The position numbers and the translations under genes were made by a program. The notes beneath the pieces are model-generated. The model had not been told where the DNA came from and made no database searches. It saw only the letters and a list, made by a program, of their open reading frames with translations. Positions 24,271 through 37,304 of a stretch of 60,000 nt of DNA are shown piece after piece. The first letter of the stretch is position 1. Each line of letters opens with the position of its first letter. Source of the stretch: Camelus ferus (Eukaryota); NCBI RefSeq assembly GCF_009834535.1, contig NC_045696.1:75332001-75392000 (forward strand), written 5' to 3'.

Positions 24271-24679
24271 ACTCTTTCTCATGGCCATGAGGCAGGATGG
24301 GAAGGCTGCAGCTTTGAAAAGCAGCTAGAGCAAGGTCTGTTGGAACCCTAGCTAATTGTGGGGATGTCAGTTTCAGGCTCCATTCACTGCTCAGAAGGGG
24401 TCTCCTAAAAATACAACCAGGCTCACTCATGACAGGAAATTGTGTGAGGCTTAAATTGTAGGTTGGGTAATAACTGTAATGATAATGATGATAGCAACAA
24501 CTATTTATAAAGTCCTATGATAGTCCGTGTGCTACTTCCACTGTGTCATTTAATTAACATAACTTCCCTACACAATGGGAATTACTCATTCCAAGAGAAG
24601 TTGAGTAGCTTGTTCACAAAACACATATGGTTTCCATTATGGATCTGAGTGTGCAGATCAGCTGAGCTATGGAACACAC

Positions 24680-24850
24680 AGACTGATCAACTTGGGATTG
24701 CATCTTGGCTGTGATATTAGCTAACTGGGTGAGCTTGGACAAATTATGTGCTCCTCTAAGTTTCAATTTCTTTACTACAAACAAAGGGAGTTTCACCAAA
24801 TAATATCTCATGGATATCTCAGATCCAACATTTTGAGGTTCTATGAAATT
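24680..24850 (+). mobile_element. MIR-family SINE
   Basis: ctaactgggtgagcttggacaaattatgtgctcctctaagtttcaatttc. Confidence 0.65.
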
Positions 24851-26319
24851 AACATCAAATGACCAATACTTCTACTTAGAGAAATTTAAACTTTTAAGAA
24901 TGATAGTTTTTAGGAGCACGTCGAGAGCTTTAACTTTCAGAGTTCATAACATTCATCCAGGTATTTAAAGATGAGGGGTCTCCATATGTAAATGTGGGTT
25001 TGTTCTTCACAGCTGTTTTATTTGGCTGGCAACCTGAAGATTTAGAACTTTCTGCCTTGAAATCAAATTGCATAATATTATGCTTCTGTGATTTTCACCT
25101 GGCAGTTGTCACACTGGATCTGGTCTCCATTCTGGAAACATGAATAGAATTCCAGAGTGAGTGCTTCACGGATGAACTGACTTTGCTATTTGAAATGTTA
25201 AAAACACTCTTAGCTCATTGCTTTGCAAAGCTCCTTTAGCAGGAAGAGGGACCAGAAGGAAATGTATGACTTTTGAATGTCCTTCATTTCACTATTGGAT
25301 TTTTGTTGAGGCCTGAGCTCAAGCATCTGCCTGAAGAAGTAACTTGGGGTTCACAATGGTCTGATGGGGTGGGAGCTATCTGCCAAGCATAATTTCTGTT
25401 CACTCAGCACAGTGCATGCCAGACTTAGTGAGGGTATCCTAATTTGGGGAGATAACATTCTGGACATATCAAAAGCCTTTGGTATAGTTGTCTGAGAAGT
25501 CCTTTAAGTTTATTGTTATTTTGAGCATCATTTACTGAGTAATATGTTATGTACACTGCACGTGTAGCTATAGGAGGCTTGGAGTAAAGTAACAAAAGCA
25601 GAAGGCACGACCCCCTGGGCTTTCTTTCCATTGCCTGGCATATATTCCATCTAGATTGGGAGGCAACCAACCATATGTCAATTAACCAGTGGAGAAATTC
25701 AGCTTTTAAACCATTGCTGGAGAAGGTAACATAGATGTTCAGAGAAAAGGGAAACAATGGGAGAAAGGGATCTGCACAGGACCTAGAAAAGTCTTCGTAG
25801 AGTAATTGGTAAGATAGGTTTTCTAGTTGGGTACCAGAAAAAAGGGGAGAAGGCTACAAGGAAGGGGTAATTTTGCCCTGATTCAATAATAAAGGTCAGT
25901 TTATGACTCATGAACAGATGGCTTTGACTGAACTCCTCAGTGCTGAAAAGACTAGCAGCTTACTGGACCTTTGGTGTCATGAGGAAAACCTGTTTCTTAA
26001 AGTACACACTTTGAAAGTTTGAGAAATGGGCTGGGAAATGGCATCTTTTTGACAAGATCTTAAGTTTTGGAGCCAATAATAGCTGTTTCTACTCCCAGCC
26101 TTTCATTTTTCTTCTCTTGCTTTCCTTATTTCTCTTTCCTGGACTCTTTCCATGTATTATTGGGTTCTAAATTACCAGTTCCAAGATGGAAGTAATGGTA
26201 AAATGGAGCCAGGCCAAGGTCAGAAACTTGGGAAAGTGTGGAACAAAGTGTTAATTATGAACAAAAGCATAGCTGACGACAGGCCACCATCATGATGGCA
26301 GCCTTCATGCATTGCTGGA

Positions 26320-26450
26320 AAGTTTGCTGTGTGCTAACTTACCTCATTTAAAAATGGACTCCTATGAAGTGGGTGTAGCTATCCCCACTTTATGGTGAAA
26401 ACCCAAGGCTTAGAGAAATGATATATCTTGACCAGTGTCACATAGGGGCA
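26320..26450 (-). mobile_element. MIR SINE
   Basis: cctatgaagtgggtgtagctatccccactttatggtgaaaacccaaggcttagagaa. Confidence 0.7.
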
Positions 26451-26684
26451 GAGGAGGGGTTTCTCTCCAGGTCACTCCACAGCCAAGCATTAAGCCCTAG
26501 GCTGAGAGCAAGAGACTTTAAATCCAAGCTGGAGTGACTGAGCAACTAAAACAATGCTTATGCTGTTTCATAAAGGATGCAGAGCGAGTAGGTGTGATCC
26601 CTGGGAGCCTGGACAAATGAGCTCAGAGACCGTGTTTGAGCTGAGCCCTTTTTTGGGTAGCATAACAGTATGGAAAGTATATGG

Positions 26685-26862
26685 GATCTGGAATTAGTAA
26701 GTGCCTTGCCATGTCCTGGCTGTGTGGCCTTAGGCAAATTGCTTCCACCATGTGAACCTTAGTTTTTGCATTTTGCAGGGATGTAGTGACAGCTGAGGTA
26801 CAGAGAGACACAGAGCAGCTGGCAGGCAAGCAGAGCGCCAGCACATAGTAGATACTCAGCCA
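26685..26862 (+). mobile_element. MIR SINE
   Basis: ggctgtgtggccttaggcaaattgcttccaccatgtgaaccttagtttttgc...gcacatagtagatactca. Confidence 0.7.
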
Positions 26863-28364
26863 AGGCAAACTATGAGAGGTCCAGCCTGCATCTGGGTTTT
26901 ACTAGGTTCCTTTTTTCCCTTCAGCTGCACCTGCTTCTTGTCTCTGCTACTTCAAGGAAGGCATGTTTTGATCATTTTGATATATGCTATTTAAACTTCA
27001 CACTTGAGACTTAGAATATGGGCTGAGATGAGTACAGCATTCTTTGAGATGGTTGTGAGAACACCTTGCCACCTTTTTTATTAGGCTGATTAACACCTTC
27101 CTGACATATGCTATAATACCATTATTCAGATGAATTCTCAGGTGATAATTTCCACTCTGTAGGAATATCATTTCAATTCAGCATTTATTAGCATTAATGC
27201 TTATTAACATACTAAAGAAAAGAACTTGCCTGTTCCTAGAGAATCATTTCTGAAACTCCTACCTTCCATTCCTGCTGGAGTTTAGTTGTCAGAAATAGTT
27301 TCATTCACATTTAGTACACCATGAAATTATCTCAGAAGAAATTTTACAGAGATTCCCATTTGTATTAATGTAATATAATTGAAGTCTTAGTTGGCACTTT
27401 CTAGGTCATGTTTACACGTACGCCTGCTTTTATCACATTTTAAGTATATCTGCATGTCTGAATATGAGACAGTTGATGCCATATTCAAAAAGATAACAAT
27501 ACGCCTTTTGTGGGTCTCCTATGTAGACAATGTGCCAATCCCACTTGGTTTCATTACTGTTCCATCTCGTGTTAAAGGAGACTGGCAGCTGCTGGGATGC
27601 AGACCTCCTGTCTTCCCTGTGCAGAGAGTGAATTCTGATGGCAAGTTGTGAAATTCAAGAAGTCTGAGAAGTTTCCGTGAACGTGCTTTACAAAAATAAC
27701 TTTACAGCGTGGGGCTCTGGGGAAAGTCTCAGAGGACCCAGGTATCTGCTTCAGAAGTGTGCTTCCTGGGACTGAGGGCCCAACAAGGTATTCTTAGCTG
27801 CTCCTGCCTGGAGCCCAGAGCCTAGGCCCTCCCTACCTTTCTGGAAACCTCACTCCTTGGCCCAGTATCAACAGCACTATCACCACTTCTGTGGGACTGT
27901 CTCGCTTCCCACATTTTCTCCCTTTCTCATTCTGTCTTTCCCTGAGACTACTCTGTAGAAAAGGCTGAAGAAGCTCAAAGGGAAATCAACAAGGGAGGGT
28001 CTCTACTGTTCTCATAGTTCTTTCCCAGTTACTCTAAAAAGCTTTCTCTTGGAATCTCTCAGCACTCCACATGGGCTAGAGCTGTAGTATGTTATTTCTC
28101 ATTCCACTGTCTTCTTGTGAATGAGACTTAGAGATCATTCTGCATCAGCTCTTTGTCACTGAATTCCTCACCTGTGGTTTCAAGCTGCCCTACACCACTT
28201 GAAGACTGGATTTAGGTCTATTATTATTTACACAGTGCTATCACATTTATGAGAGAATTAAAATTAATACTCAAGCATACATTCTTAGTTTGTCCAAGAT
28301 TTTCTTTTTCATCGAAGGGGGTATTTAAATATAACACAGTTTACTAAGACCCACACACAGAGAG

Positions 28365-28560
28365 AGCTAACATTTACTGAACATAATGCTAAGCACATTA
28401 TATACTGCTTTATTTTATCTCATTTAATTCCTTTGACTGCTTTCTGAGGTAGAAGCCATTATCTCCTCATGCTGTAAATGAGGAGACTGAGACTTAGAGA
28501 GCCTGAGATTACACAGCAAAGAGGTGGCAAAGCCAAACATCGAACCTTTTCAGGCTGAAC
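28365..28560 (-). mobile_element. MIR SINE
   Basis: gctaacatttactgaac...tatctcatttaattc...gtaaatgaggagactgagacttagaga. Confidence 0.8.
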
Positions 28561-28844
28561 ATGGAGCCCACCGTTTTAGACAAGTGTGCTATACCATCTT
28601 TCAAGTCAGAACAGTAATAAAGGTCCACTTTACCTTTTGCTGATTGAAATATCTTCGCCTCTGTGGTTTTCCTCAACAAAATTTAAAAAAACATTTTAAA
28701 AACAATGAAAGCAAATAACAAAAATTCGAGCTTTTTTTTTTTTTTAAATCCAAGTGCTGGTCTACAGTCTAAAGTCATTCCCCAAGAGATATCATTTATG
28801 TAAAAGCATTTTTAAAAGTATAAATTGTTAATTTTGGCTATTTT

Positions 28845-29700
28845 GCTATTTTGTGTTAATTTTCTATATCCCATTGATTTTTGTCATTAATTTTATTGTT
28901 TCTTTCCTCTTTATTTCTTTGGGTTTGTTCTATTGTTCCTTTGAGTTGAGTGTTCAGTTCAAATTTCTGGTTCTTCTTATTTTGTGATAAATATATTCAA
29001 AACTATAAATTTTCCTATAAATATTTTAGCTGTGTTCCTCATATGTTGACATGAGATGCTTTTACTGACCTTAAGTTTAAAGTGTTTTATAAGTGTACAT
29101 CAATAAGACCTTTGAAAAGACAAACAAGAAATATCAACTTATGGAAAGACTCATTTTTTAGAAAGATGAAAATATTTAAAGTCCAATATGAAATAAGGAA
29201 AATTGTCACAACAAAAAATAAGTTAAAAATAAATAAAAAGAATATAGTGAATCATTGCATGGCAGTAAACTTGAATGAAAGGAAATAGATGCATTTCTGG
29301 AAAGGTATGAAATGCTGAAATTGGCCTAAGAAGAAAGAGACTTGCTTAGATCTATAACCTGAAGCCTCTAGGTTTAGCATATTTCACAGATGAGAACCAA
29401 ATTTACAAAAAAATAGGTAGTTTCTATCTTATGGAAATGTTTTTAGGAAATAGAATAAAAGGGGAAATTGTCTAACTAATCTCACAGATTATTTCATAGA
29501 TTTTTAGATGGTGTTGGGAGAATTGGCTCATTATAATAAAAAAAAGTTGGATTCCTACCTCGCATCATATGTAAAGCACCTCCAATTGAAATAAATTTTA
29601 AATGAGAATAATAAAAATGTAAAAGTAATAGAAGGCAATGTTTGAGAATATCTGTAATTTTTAGATGGGGAAGAATGTCTTGAACAAGACCACAAGAGCA
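28845..29700. mobile_element. Old L1M ORF2 fragments: antisense about 28845-29085, sense about 29090-29700
   Basis: T-rich tttatttctttgggtttgttc...tataaattttcct...ttagctgtgttcc, then A-rich gaaatagatgcatttctggaaaggtatg...aagaagaaagaga and tggtgttgggagaattgg...ttggattcctacctc. Confidence 0.7.
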
Positions 29701-29834
29701 GTCAGGATCACGTCCACACTGTTTATTTCTATATCCCCAGAACCTAAAACTTAACATCTGACTCATGCTAGACGTTCAGTTAAGCTTTATCGAATAAATA
29801 AAACAGACTTGATTATCCAAAACAACACGAACTG

Positions 29835-30020
29835 TCTTTAAGCACTTAGCATGTTGTAGATGAATAACATAGATTTCAATTAATTCTCAAAACACTCTCA
29901 TGTAGGGTTTCTTGTTCATGTTTCATACATGATGAAACTTGGGTTCAGAGAGTTTGAATAACTTTTCTATGCTTAAAAGTGGTGGCACTAGGATTTTTAA
30001 CTCAGGTGTTTGGCATCCAT
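29835..30020 (-). mobile_element. MIR SINE (with an L2 3' end at about 29720-29800)
   Basis: taattctcaaaacactctcatgtaggg...atgatgaaacttgggttcagagagtttgaataactt...gtggcactaggattt. Confidence 0.7.
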
Positions 30021-31494
30021 AAGACATTGCCAGATCCTGATGCACTTTTTTTTCTCATTCATTTTAGTCTCCAAATTTTACTTCGAGTGTATTTCCAGAA
30101 TATAAAAAGGGAAAGATAGAAGAAGCACACAAGTAACAAACTTCAGCTTCCTGAGAGGAATCTTCTCCTTTTAGCTTATTCTTCCACAGGCATCAGTATA
30201 CATTGCAACCCAGGATGATTCATCAGAAGGCAGGCTGGACCTTGACTTTGATCTGGTTAGATTATAAATTGACCCAGCAGAATCAAAATATAAAGAGTTT
30301 ATAGTTGTCTTCTTTATTACATCTTTTTTCAATTACAGTATAGCTGTAAGATCATATTTGTTTTCCTTAAAGCTTACTAGCATTTGTCCAACTATAATAT
30401 AGTATAGGGAGAGGTGGACCCAGATTAATTATGTAAAAATGTAATGAATATTACTACTGAAAATGCCTTTTTAATAAAGATTATGTATCTGTGGAGCTGG
30501 TGTAGTTTTTATTGAAGTCATTTTTCTCCTTCTTGAGTGGAGGATAAATGTTGTCTAATGAACTCTGTCACTATGGCCAGACCAAGTTCATTAACAGCCT
30601 GACACATTATTAGCTTACTCTCCAGAGTTGTGGTTTGGGAGATTGATGTCAGAGAGCATTTCACCACCCTTTCTCCTGCAGACTAGTGCTCAGATCTGCT
30701 GGTCTCAAGGAGATGCTTCAGCACCCCTCAAAGAGCAGATCCTGACTTCTTGAAAGTGAATGTCATTTTTCTGCAGGGTACACCCCACCATCCCCTAACT
30801 GTTTCCTTTTTATGCCCCTGTAAGTCAGGGGAACAGATGCCATCTGCCCCTCAGAGATTCAGCCTACTCTTTTCTGGCCTGTGTAGCTAAATTATGATGT
30901 CTGGACCAAAATGAAGCCAGGAGTTAAACCAAGCTTTCTAATTTGGAGGAAACAAATTAATGTGCCTGATTATTCATTACAACCTGTGTCACAGATATTG
31001 AGCTATTGCCAGATCCTTGTCTGTTTCCAGAGCCTTGCAGTGCAGCTCAGGTGGTAATGTGCCTTGGGCTCTGCCCTATAGCGATTTGCTTTCCCTGTGA
31101 TCTTGAAACTATCTCTCCAGGACTGTCATCTAGGCAGGGAGATAGATACCCTAAGGAAACAAATGTTCCCAGACCCACTTCTTTGGACACTGTCACCTTT
31201 TGTGATACAAACCACATTTCCTTGTGTTCATATCACAAACTCTCTTTCGAAAGTGATGATAACTTTGGATGCAGGTTAACGCATGCAGATGGATGCCACA
31301 GATGGAGGCCTGCCTTACTCCTACTGGAAAAAATATGTGCCCTCATTATGTACTTCCAGGAGGACCCTGTAAAACATCTGTCTCCCCCACCAAAAGTGGT
31401 GCCACAAATTCTGCTGTTAAAATTGTTAAATACCTAACACTTTTTCTTGTGTTGGAAGGTAAATGTACACACTAAGAATTATTGATTTCCTTTT

Positions 31495-31915
31495 ATTCTC
31501 GGTGCTTCACCCTGATCCCCTCCCTTACCATCTCAGTGCACAATTTCCATCTGCTTGCCATGAGCAAGTATGTGTTTTGCCTTAGGGCTTTCTCAGGCCT
31601 GCTTAGCAGGACAGAAGATCCATTAAGAAGTGACATTTTACTCCACCAGGAGCACCCATAACCAGTGACTGGATAGAAAATTCCTGCTTCCTTTGAAGTG
31701 TCCTTCTACACTGGCTTCTAAGGTTTTCCTGGTGCAAGTCTACTTCAATGACCTGAAGAAGTAGCTGGTTTGATATCACCCCTTCCCTGGCTGCCTTTCC
31801 TTCCCAGTTTTAATTAACTTCCTCCCCACTGTTGTTTCTTTCTACCCCCGAAAAAATGACTGGCACTAGAATTGTCACCTTAGGGGTTTGCTTTAGTAGA
31901 CTTTCAAATATGAAT
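31495..31915 (+). mobile_element. ERVL solo LTR (LTR16/LTR33-like)
   Basis: ccctgatcccctccc...ataaccagtgactgg...ttctacactggcttctaagg...tggctgcctttccttccc...gcactagaattgtcaccttaggggtttgcttt. Confidence 0.65.
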
Positions 31916-32039
31916 GGAAATGAGATGACACTTCTTAGATCTTGGATAAAGGAGGGGAACTACCATTAGAAAAAGAAAAGCAAAATTATAAAAAACAAGA
32001 ACATATCTCATAGGGGTGAAGGCCTGGGAAAGGCTTCTT

Positions 32040-32200
32040 CATTTAATTTAATTAGAGTTCTGTGTGGTAGGAACTTACCCCCATTTTACAGGTGGGTAAA
32101 CCAAAGCACAGTAAAGTGAACTTGCTAAGTGCTCACAGCTTGAAAGGGATGTAGAACTTCGATTCATACTGAGATCATGTGTTGTGAGTCCAGTGCCTCT
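32040..32200 (-). mobile_element. MIR SINE
   Basis: ccccattttacaggtgggtaaaccaaagcacag. Confidence 0.7.
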
Positions 32201-33312
32201 ATAACACCACGTTTGCCTGCCGCTCTGCCTCACAGCTTTGGATAGGGTGCAAAAGGAAGGGTGGGTCTACAGCAGAACCTGACATAAAGCCGAGAGGAAA
32301 TGCTGATGATGCAACACTCATTTAGCTCGACAGCCTGTGAGTGACTGAAGCAAAAGCAGCCCCTTCTTAGCCTCAGTCATCTCACTGCCACACTCATGCT
32401 GAGGTTAGCCTGCCAGGTCGGGCTGGTTGAGTTCTAGGGTGAATCTCAGCTCTAGGTGTGACATAGCACAGTGGTACAGGTGTACTTGTGTCTGAGTATG
32501 CTCCTCAGTCACATGGCAACATGGGGGAGATGCCCCTGGGAAATCATCAGAGCTGGTTTCCTGTCCTCATCTCTGCCACCTGCCCCTCCTCCAACATCAG
32601 TATTCCAGTAATGTACCACTTCTCTTTCTTGGCCACACTGTGCTTTCTTAGTGTCTTTGCACATAGGTTCCTTTAGCCTGGAATTCTCTCTTGCCTCCTT
32701 TTTCCCAGGAGAGTTTCTCCTTTACCTTAAAGTGTCAGTCAAGCACTACCTTCTTGGATGTCTTCCCTGATTAAGTACTTTGATTAAGTACTTTATTTTC
32801 GCCTTGGGCATTTTCATTCCTATCAGACCCTAAAGAATTGACAACCAGATACTGGAGGTGAAATGGCGGAATTGCGGGAACCTTAGGGATATATTTCACA
32901 TGCTGGTTATACTGGGGAATGTGGCTTATTGTTTGGATGTCTAAAGGTGTGGAGTGTGAAGGGGAATGGAGAAGACAGTTGACTGTTCCTGTAGTAGCTC
33001 TATGAACAGAGTCTGAGATTTTCAGGGATGATGGTATTCAAAAAAGACTTAGCATTTTCACGGACAGATCTGCGAACTAGGCAGTAGTGACTTGGTAAGC
33101 AGCGGAGATTAAGGAAGAGGAAGGAGCACATATGAGGAATCCTTGAAGGTTCTCAGAAATAACAGGGTAAGACCCTGAGAGAGTCAGGCTGGATGGACTG
33201 AAATTTGAGGCTTTTCCATTAGTGGAACTTTTTGGTTCCTACAAGCTAGGAAGATCAAAGAGACCTCACTTGTAGCTCCTGGAGAGGAGGGACCTTGTCT
33301 GTGTGTGTATAT

Positions 33313-33398
33313 GTCCCAATAAATCTTTATTATGGACTCTAACATTTAAATATTCTATAATTTTCACATGTCACAAAATATTATTCTCAGTTGGATTT
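33313..33398. mobile_element. MER58B-like fragment
   Basis: ctttattatggactctaacatttaaatattctataattttcacatgtcacaaaatattattct resembles MER58B internal sequence as recalled. Confidence 0.65.
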
Positions 33399-33623
33399 TT
33401 TAAAATTAAGACTTAAGAGCAGTTTTAGGATCACAGTAGAATTGAGAGGAAGGTACAAAGATTTTCCATATGCCCCCTACCCCTTCACATGCATAGCCTC
33501 TCCCATTTTCAACATCCCCCACTGAAGTATACATTTGTTACAAAAAATGAACCTACATTGACACATCATAATGACCCAAAGTCCATAGTTTACACTATAG
33601 TTCACTCTTGATGTACATTCTAT
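33396..33623 (-). mobile_element. L1MC1/2-like 3' UTR end
   Basis: agagcagttttaggatcacagtagaattgagaggaaggtacaaagatttt...gcatagcctctccc...aatgaacctacattgacacatcataatgacccaaagtccatagtttaca. Confidence 0.85.
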
Positions 33624-33636
33624 GGGAACCTTGTCT

Positions 33637-34200
33637 TTTTTGAACTTTATATTTTGAAATAATTATAAATTCACAGGAAGTTGCAGAGAAATGTACAGGG
33701 AAGTTCTGTGCACCCTTCCCCTAGTTTCTCCTAATGTGAGTATGTTACACAACTAGAGTACAATATAAAAACCAAGAAATTGACATATTGGTACAATCCC
33801 TAGAGCTCATTCAGCTTCCATCAGTTATAATGAACTCTGTGTATATGTATATGTGTGTGTTTTACATAGTGCTGTACAATTTTATCACGTTTAGCCTTTC
33901 TAACCACCACTCCAGTCAGACACTTAACTGTGCCATCACAAGACTCTCTCATGTGACCTCTTTATAGTCACTCCATCCTTTCTATTCTCATCCCTAACCC
34001 CTAGCAACCACTAATCTGTTCTCCAATTCTGTAATTATGTTATTTCGTGAATGCTACTTAATAAAATCATATAGTAAATATCCTTTTGAAATTGGCTTTT
34101 TTTTCCACCCAGCATAATTTCCCTGAGATTCATTCAGGTTGTTGCTTGCAGTAGTTTTTACCAAATTGCTGAGTTGTATTTCATGGTTTGTACGTACATA
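33637..34200 (-). mobile_element. L1MC/MD-like 3' UTR end
   Basis: attttgaaataattataaattcacaggaagttgc...aaaaccaagaaattgacat...tccctaacccctagcaaccactaatctgttctcca; TSD accttgtcttttt at 33628 and 34204. Confidence 0.85.
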
Positions 34201-35399
34201 GAGACCTTGTCTTTTTATCTCTGTATTTCCGGCATGGTATCTGGCACGTTGTTGGAGCTCAGTGTTACCTATGTGACGAGATAACTGACTCTGCAAATAA
34301 CTTGCTGGGTCAAATATCTTGCCTGAGTGGGGAAAACTAGAGTTCATTGTTTCCACACCATTTAGCATAGCCAAATATTCTGACCATCTAATTCACACCC
34401 ACCACCATGAGCTCCTCTAAATGAACATGCTCCTCATTTGACTGGAGAAGAAGTGGATCAAATAAGACTAATCGACACAACAACTGTATTTGCATGCTAG
34501 TGTGATCAGGCCAGACTTGAAATTGGTGATACGTTTGAAAACTTTAGCCTTTAGTGTCTTGATCACCCTGCATGATTTTTACCCTAGCAGTGAAGTTCCA
34601 GTAAAAACTGGAAATCTCAGAAAAGGTAGCTGCATTAATGATGGAGTTTAAGTGTAAAAATCTGATGAGAGAATGTCAGAACTCCTTCCTTCTAATAATA
34701 ATAATGCTTTCCATTTTCTGTTGTGCTTAAAATTATAAAAAAGCAGTTTCACAACCATCATCTTGTTTAACCCTGAATTAATACCATGAAGTAAATAGGA
34801 AGCACACAGTGGTTGTTGGTGGTAGGTGTGGTTGTCATTTGTCTTGACAAATGAGACCATAGAACTAGAGAGATGTCAGATGATTTGTCCAAGATTGCAC
34901 GATTACTTAATAAATGAACCTGGCTAGAACTCTGATTTTTATTTCTACCTTCAACTTATTAGACTGCTATTTCTCATGAATAAGTAAACCCTTTTTAGAA
35001 AAGGAAAAATCTTTGCTTTTTTACTTAGAGAAGAATTTGACTCTCACGATGTCAATGTCAGAGTATCCCATGTGTGGATTTCTATAGCATTGACTTGCTG
35101 AAAGTCATGTTTGTAAAAACCAGAAGCTCCATCTTGAATGTTTTTCCCCAAACAAATCTTAGAGATACTTAGAATAAACCAGTGTATGTTATTACACATG
35201 ATTCCAGTAATTTATTTTACCTGGGGGCAAAATCCCAGCTATTTAGTAAGTCTTATAAAAATCTCCAGATGGCTTAATTATACCATTTTAGAAGCTAAGG
35301 ATATGAAAATAAAAATGAGTAAGTAAGCATAATTTGGAAACATACAGAGATGGAAAATAGGAGTTATGAGGAAGAGTAGAGTCTTTAAAAATGAGATCT

Positions 35400-36575
35400 T
35401 CCCATTCATGATAAAAACTCTAATAAAGCAGGTGAAAAGTACGTTCTCAACTTGATAAAGAATAAGTACAAAAAATATACACTTAACATCATACTTAATG
35501 ATGAGAAACTGAATGCTTTCCCTCTAAGATCAGGAACAAGGGAAGAATTTTCTCTCACCACTCCCATTCAACATCATACTGAAAGCCCTAGTTACTGCAA
35601 GAAGACCTGAAAAAGGATTAAAACGTATAGTTTGGGAAAGAAGAAATAAAACTTTCTTTGTTCATAGATGATATGATTGTCTACACAGAAAATCCTGAAG
35701 AATCATCAAAAAAAAAATCTCTTGGAATTAAGTGATTATAGCAAAGTTGCAGGATGCAAGGTTAATGTACAAAAGTCAGTTGCTTTCCTATATATACCAG
35801 CAACAAACAAATGGAATTTGAAAATATAGAAAAGCAGTACTACTTAATATTCCACCAAAAAAGAGAAATGCTTAGGTATAAATTCAACAAAATATACAGG
35901 AACTATATGTGGAAAACAACAAAACTCTGAGGAAGAAATTAAAGAAAATCCAAATAAATAGAGAGATACCCCATGATCATCGGTTAGAAGACCCGATAGT
36001 ATTACGTCAGTTCTTTCCAACTTCATCTATAGATTTTACATAACACCGATCAAAATCCCAGAAAGCTATTTTGTAGATATTGACAAACTGTTCTAAACTT
36101 TATTTGGAAAGGCAAAAAGCTTAGAATCACTAACACAGTACTGAAGAATGAGACTCATATTACTTGATTTCAAAACTGACTATGAAGTTAAAGTAATCAA
36201 GATAGTGAGGTATTGGTGAAATGATAGATACATACATCACTGGAACAGAATTGAAAGCCCAGAAATAGACTTAAATAAATATAGTCAACTGATCTTTAAC
36301 AAAGGAGCAAAGACAGAGCAATGGAGAAAAGGTAATCTTTCCAAAAAATAGTGCTGGAGCAATTGCAAACAAACCAACTTAGACAGATTTTACATCTTTT
36401 ACAAAAATTGACTAAAAATGAATCATAGACCTAAATGTAAAACGCAAAACTATAAAACTTCCAGAGGAAAACATAGGAGAAAATGTAGGTGACCTTGCAT
36501 TTGGTGGTAAGTTTTTAGGCACAACACCCAAAGAACAATCCATGAAAGACAAATTGATATGCTGGTCTTTATTGG
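35400..36575 (+). mobile_element. L1 ORF2 internal fragment (RT and downstream region, decayed)
   Basis: aatgctttccctctaagatcaggaacaagg, gatgatatgattgtctacacagaaaatcct (F-x-D-D RT motif region), tggaacagaattgaaagcccagaaatagac. Confidence 0.9.
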
Positions 36576-37304
36576 AAAATGAGAAGTTTGGCTTTGTGAG
36601 TTGGGAATTAATTTTTGGTTGTAAGTAATATTAAAATTTTAATCCAAATTTTAACAAGCAAAGGAAAAAATTTTTTCAAGCCTTGAGACTTGTCAATAGA
36701 AGTTACATCTTGTGCCCATTTCATTAGACTGTAGTAAGTTGCAATCTGTAAAGTCCACAAAAATGTGAGGGTTTTTCTTTTCCTGTTTAATCTTTCACTA
36801 GTACGTGGCACTGCTTTCCGTCTAGGACAAAGAAAGACAACTAATAGTTATTGAACACCTGTTCTGTGGTAGGCATACTAGACACTTAAATACATAACTG
36901 CAGGAGGAAATCTTTTCCTCTCCCACTCTTAGCCATGAGGTTAATACGTCCTTATACTGCTCACTGATTCCAGCCTTTATTCCATACAGAAATAATAGGG
37001 GAACGTTCTGCAGGTTACACAAAAAATTTGACCAGAAGATAGAGAAAAACTTCTATTTCAAAGGTTCTTCTGATGTTTTATAGAGGTGGACATAGCTATG
37101 AAAGTGCTCTAGGGGGTCCTATTTTTCTAATGTCCCAGGAGGCCTTAGATGTTAGTGATGATTCATGGAGAGTGGAAGTTCCGAAGGAACGTGCAGCAGG
37201 AGAATGGACAATTTAGGATTAGGTTGAGAAAAGCCTCTTTTTTCCCGAAGAGGGATGCTACTCCTGAGGGTAAGGAACCTGGGGTTGGATTACAGAGATA
37301 CTGT

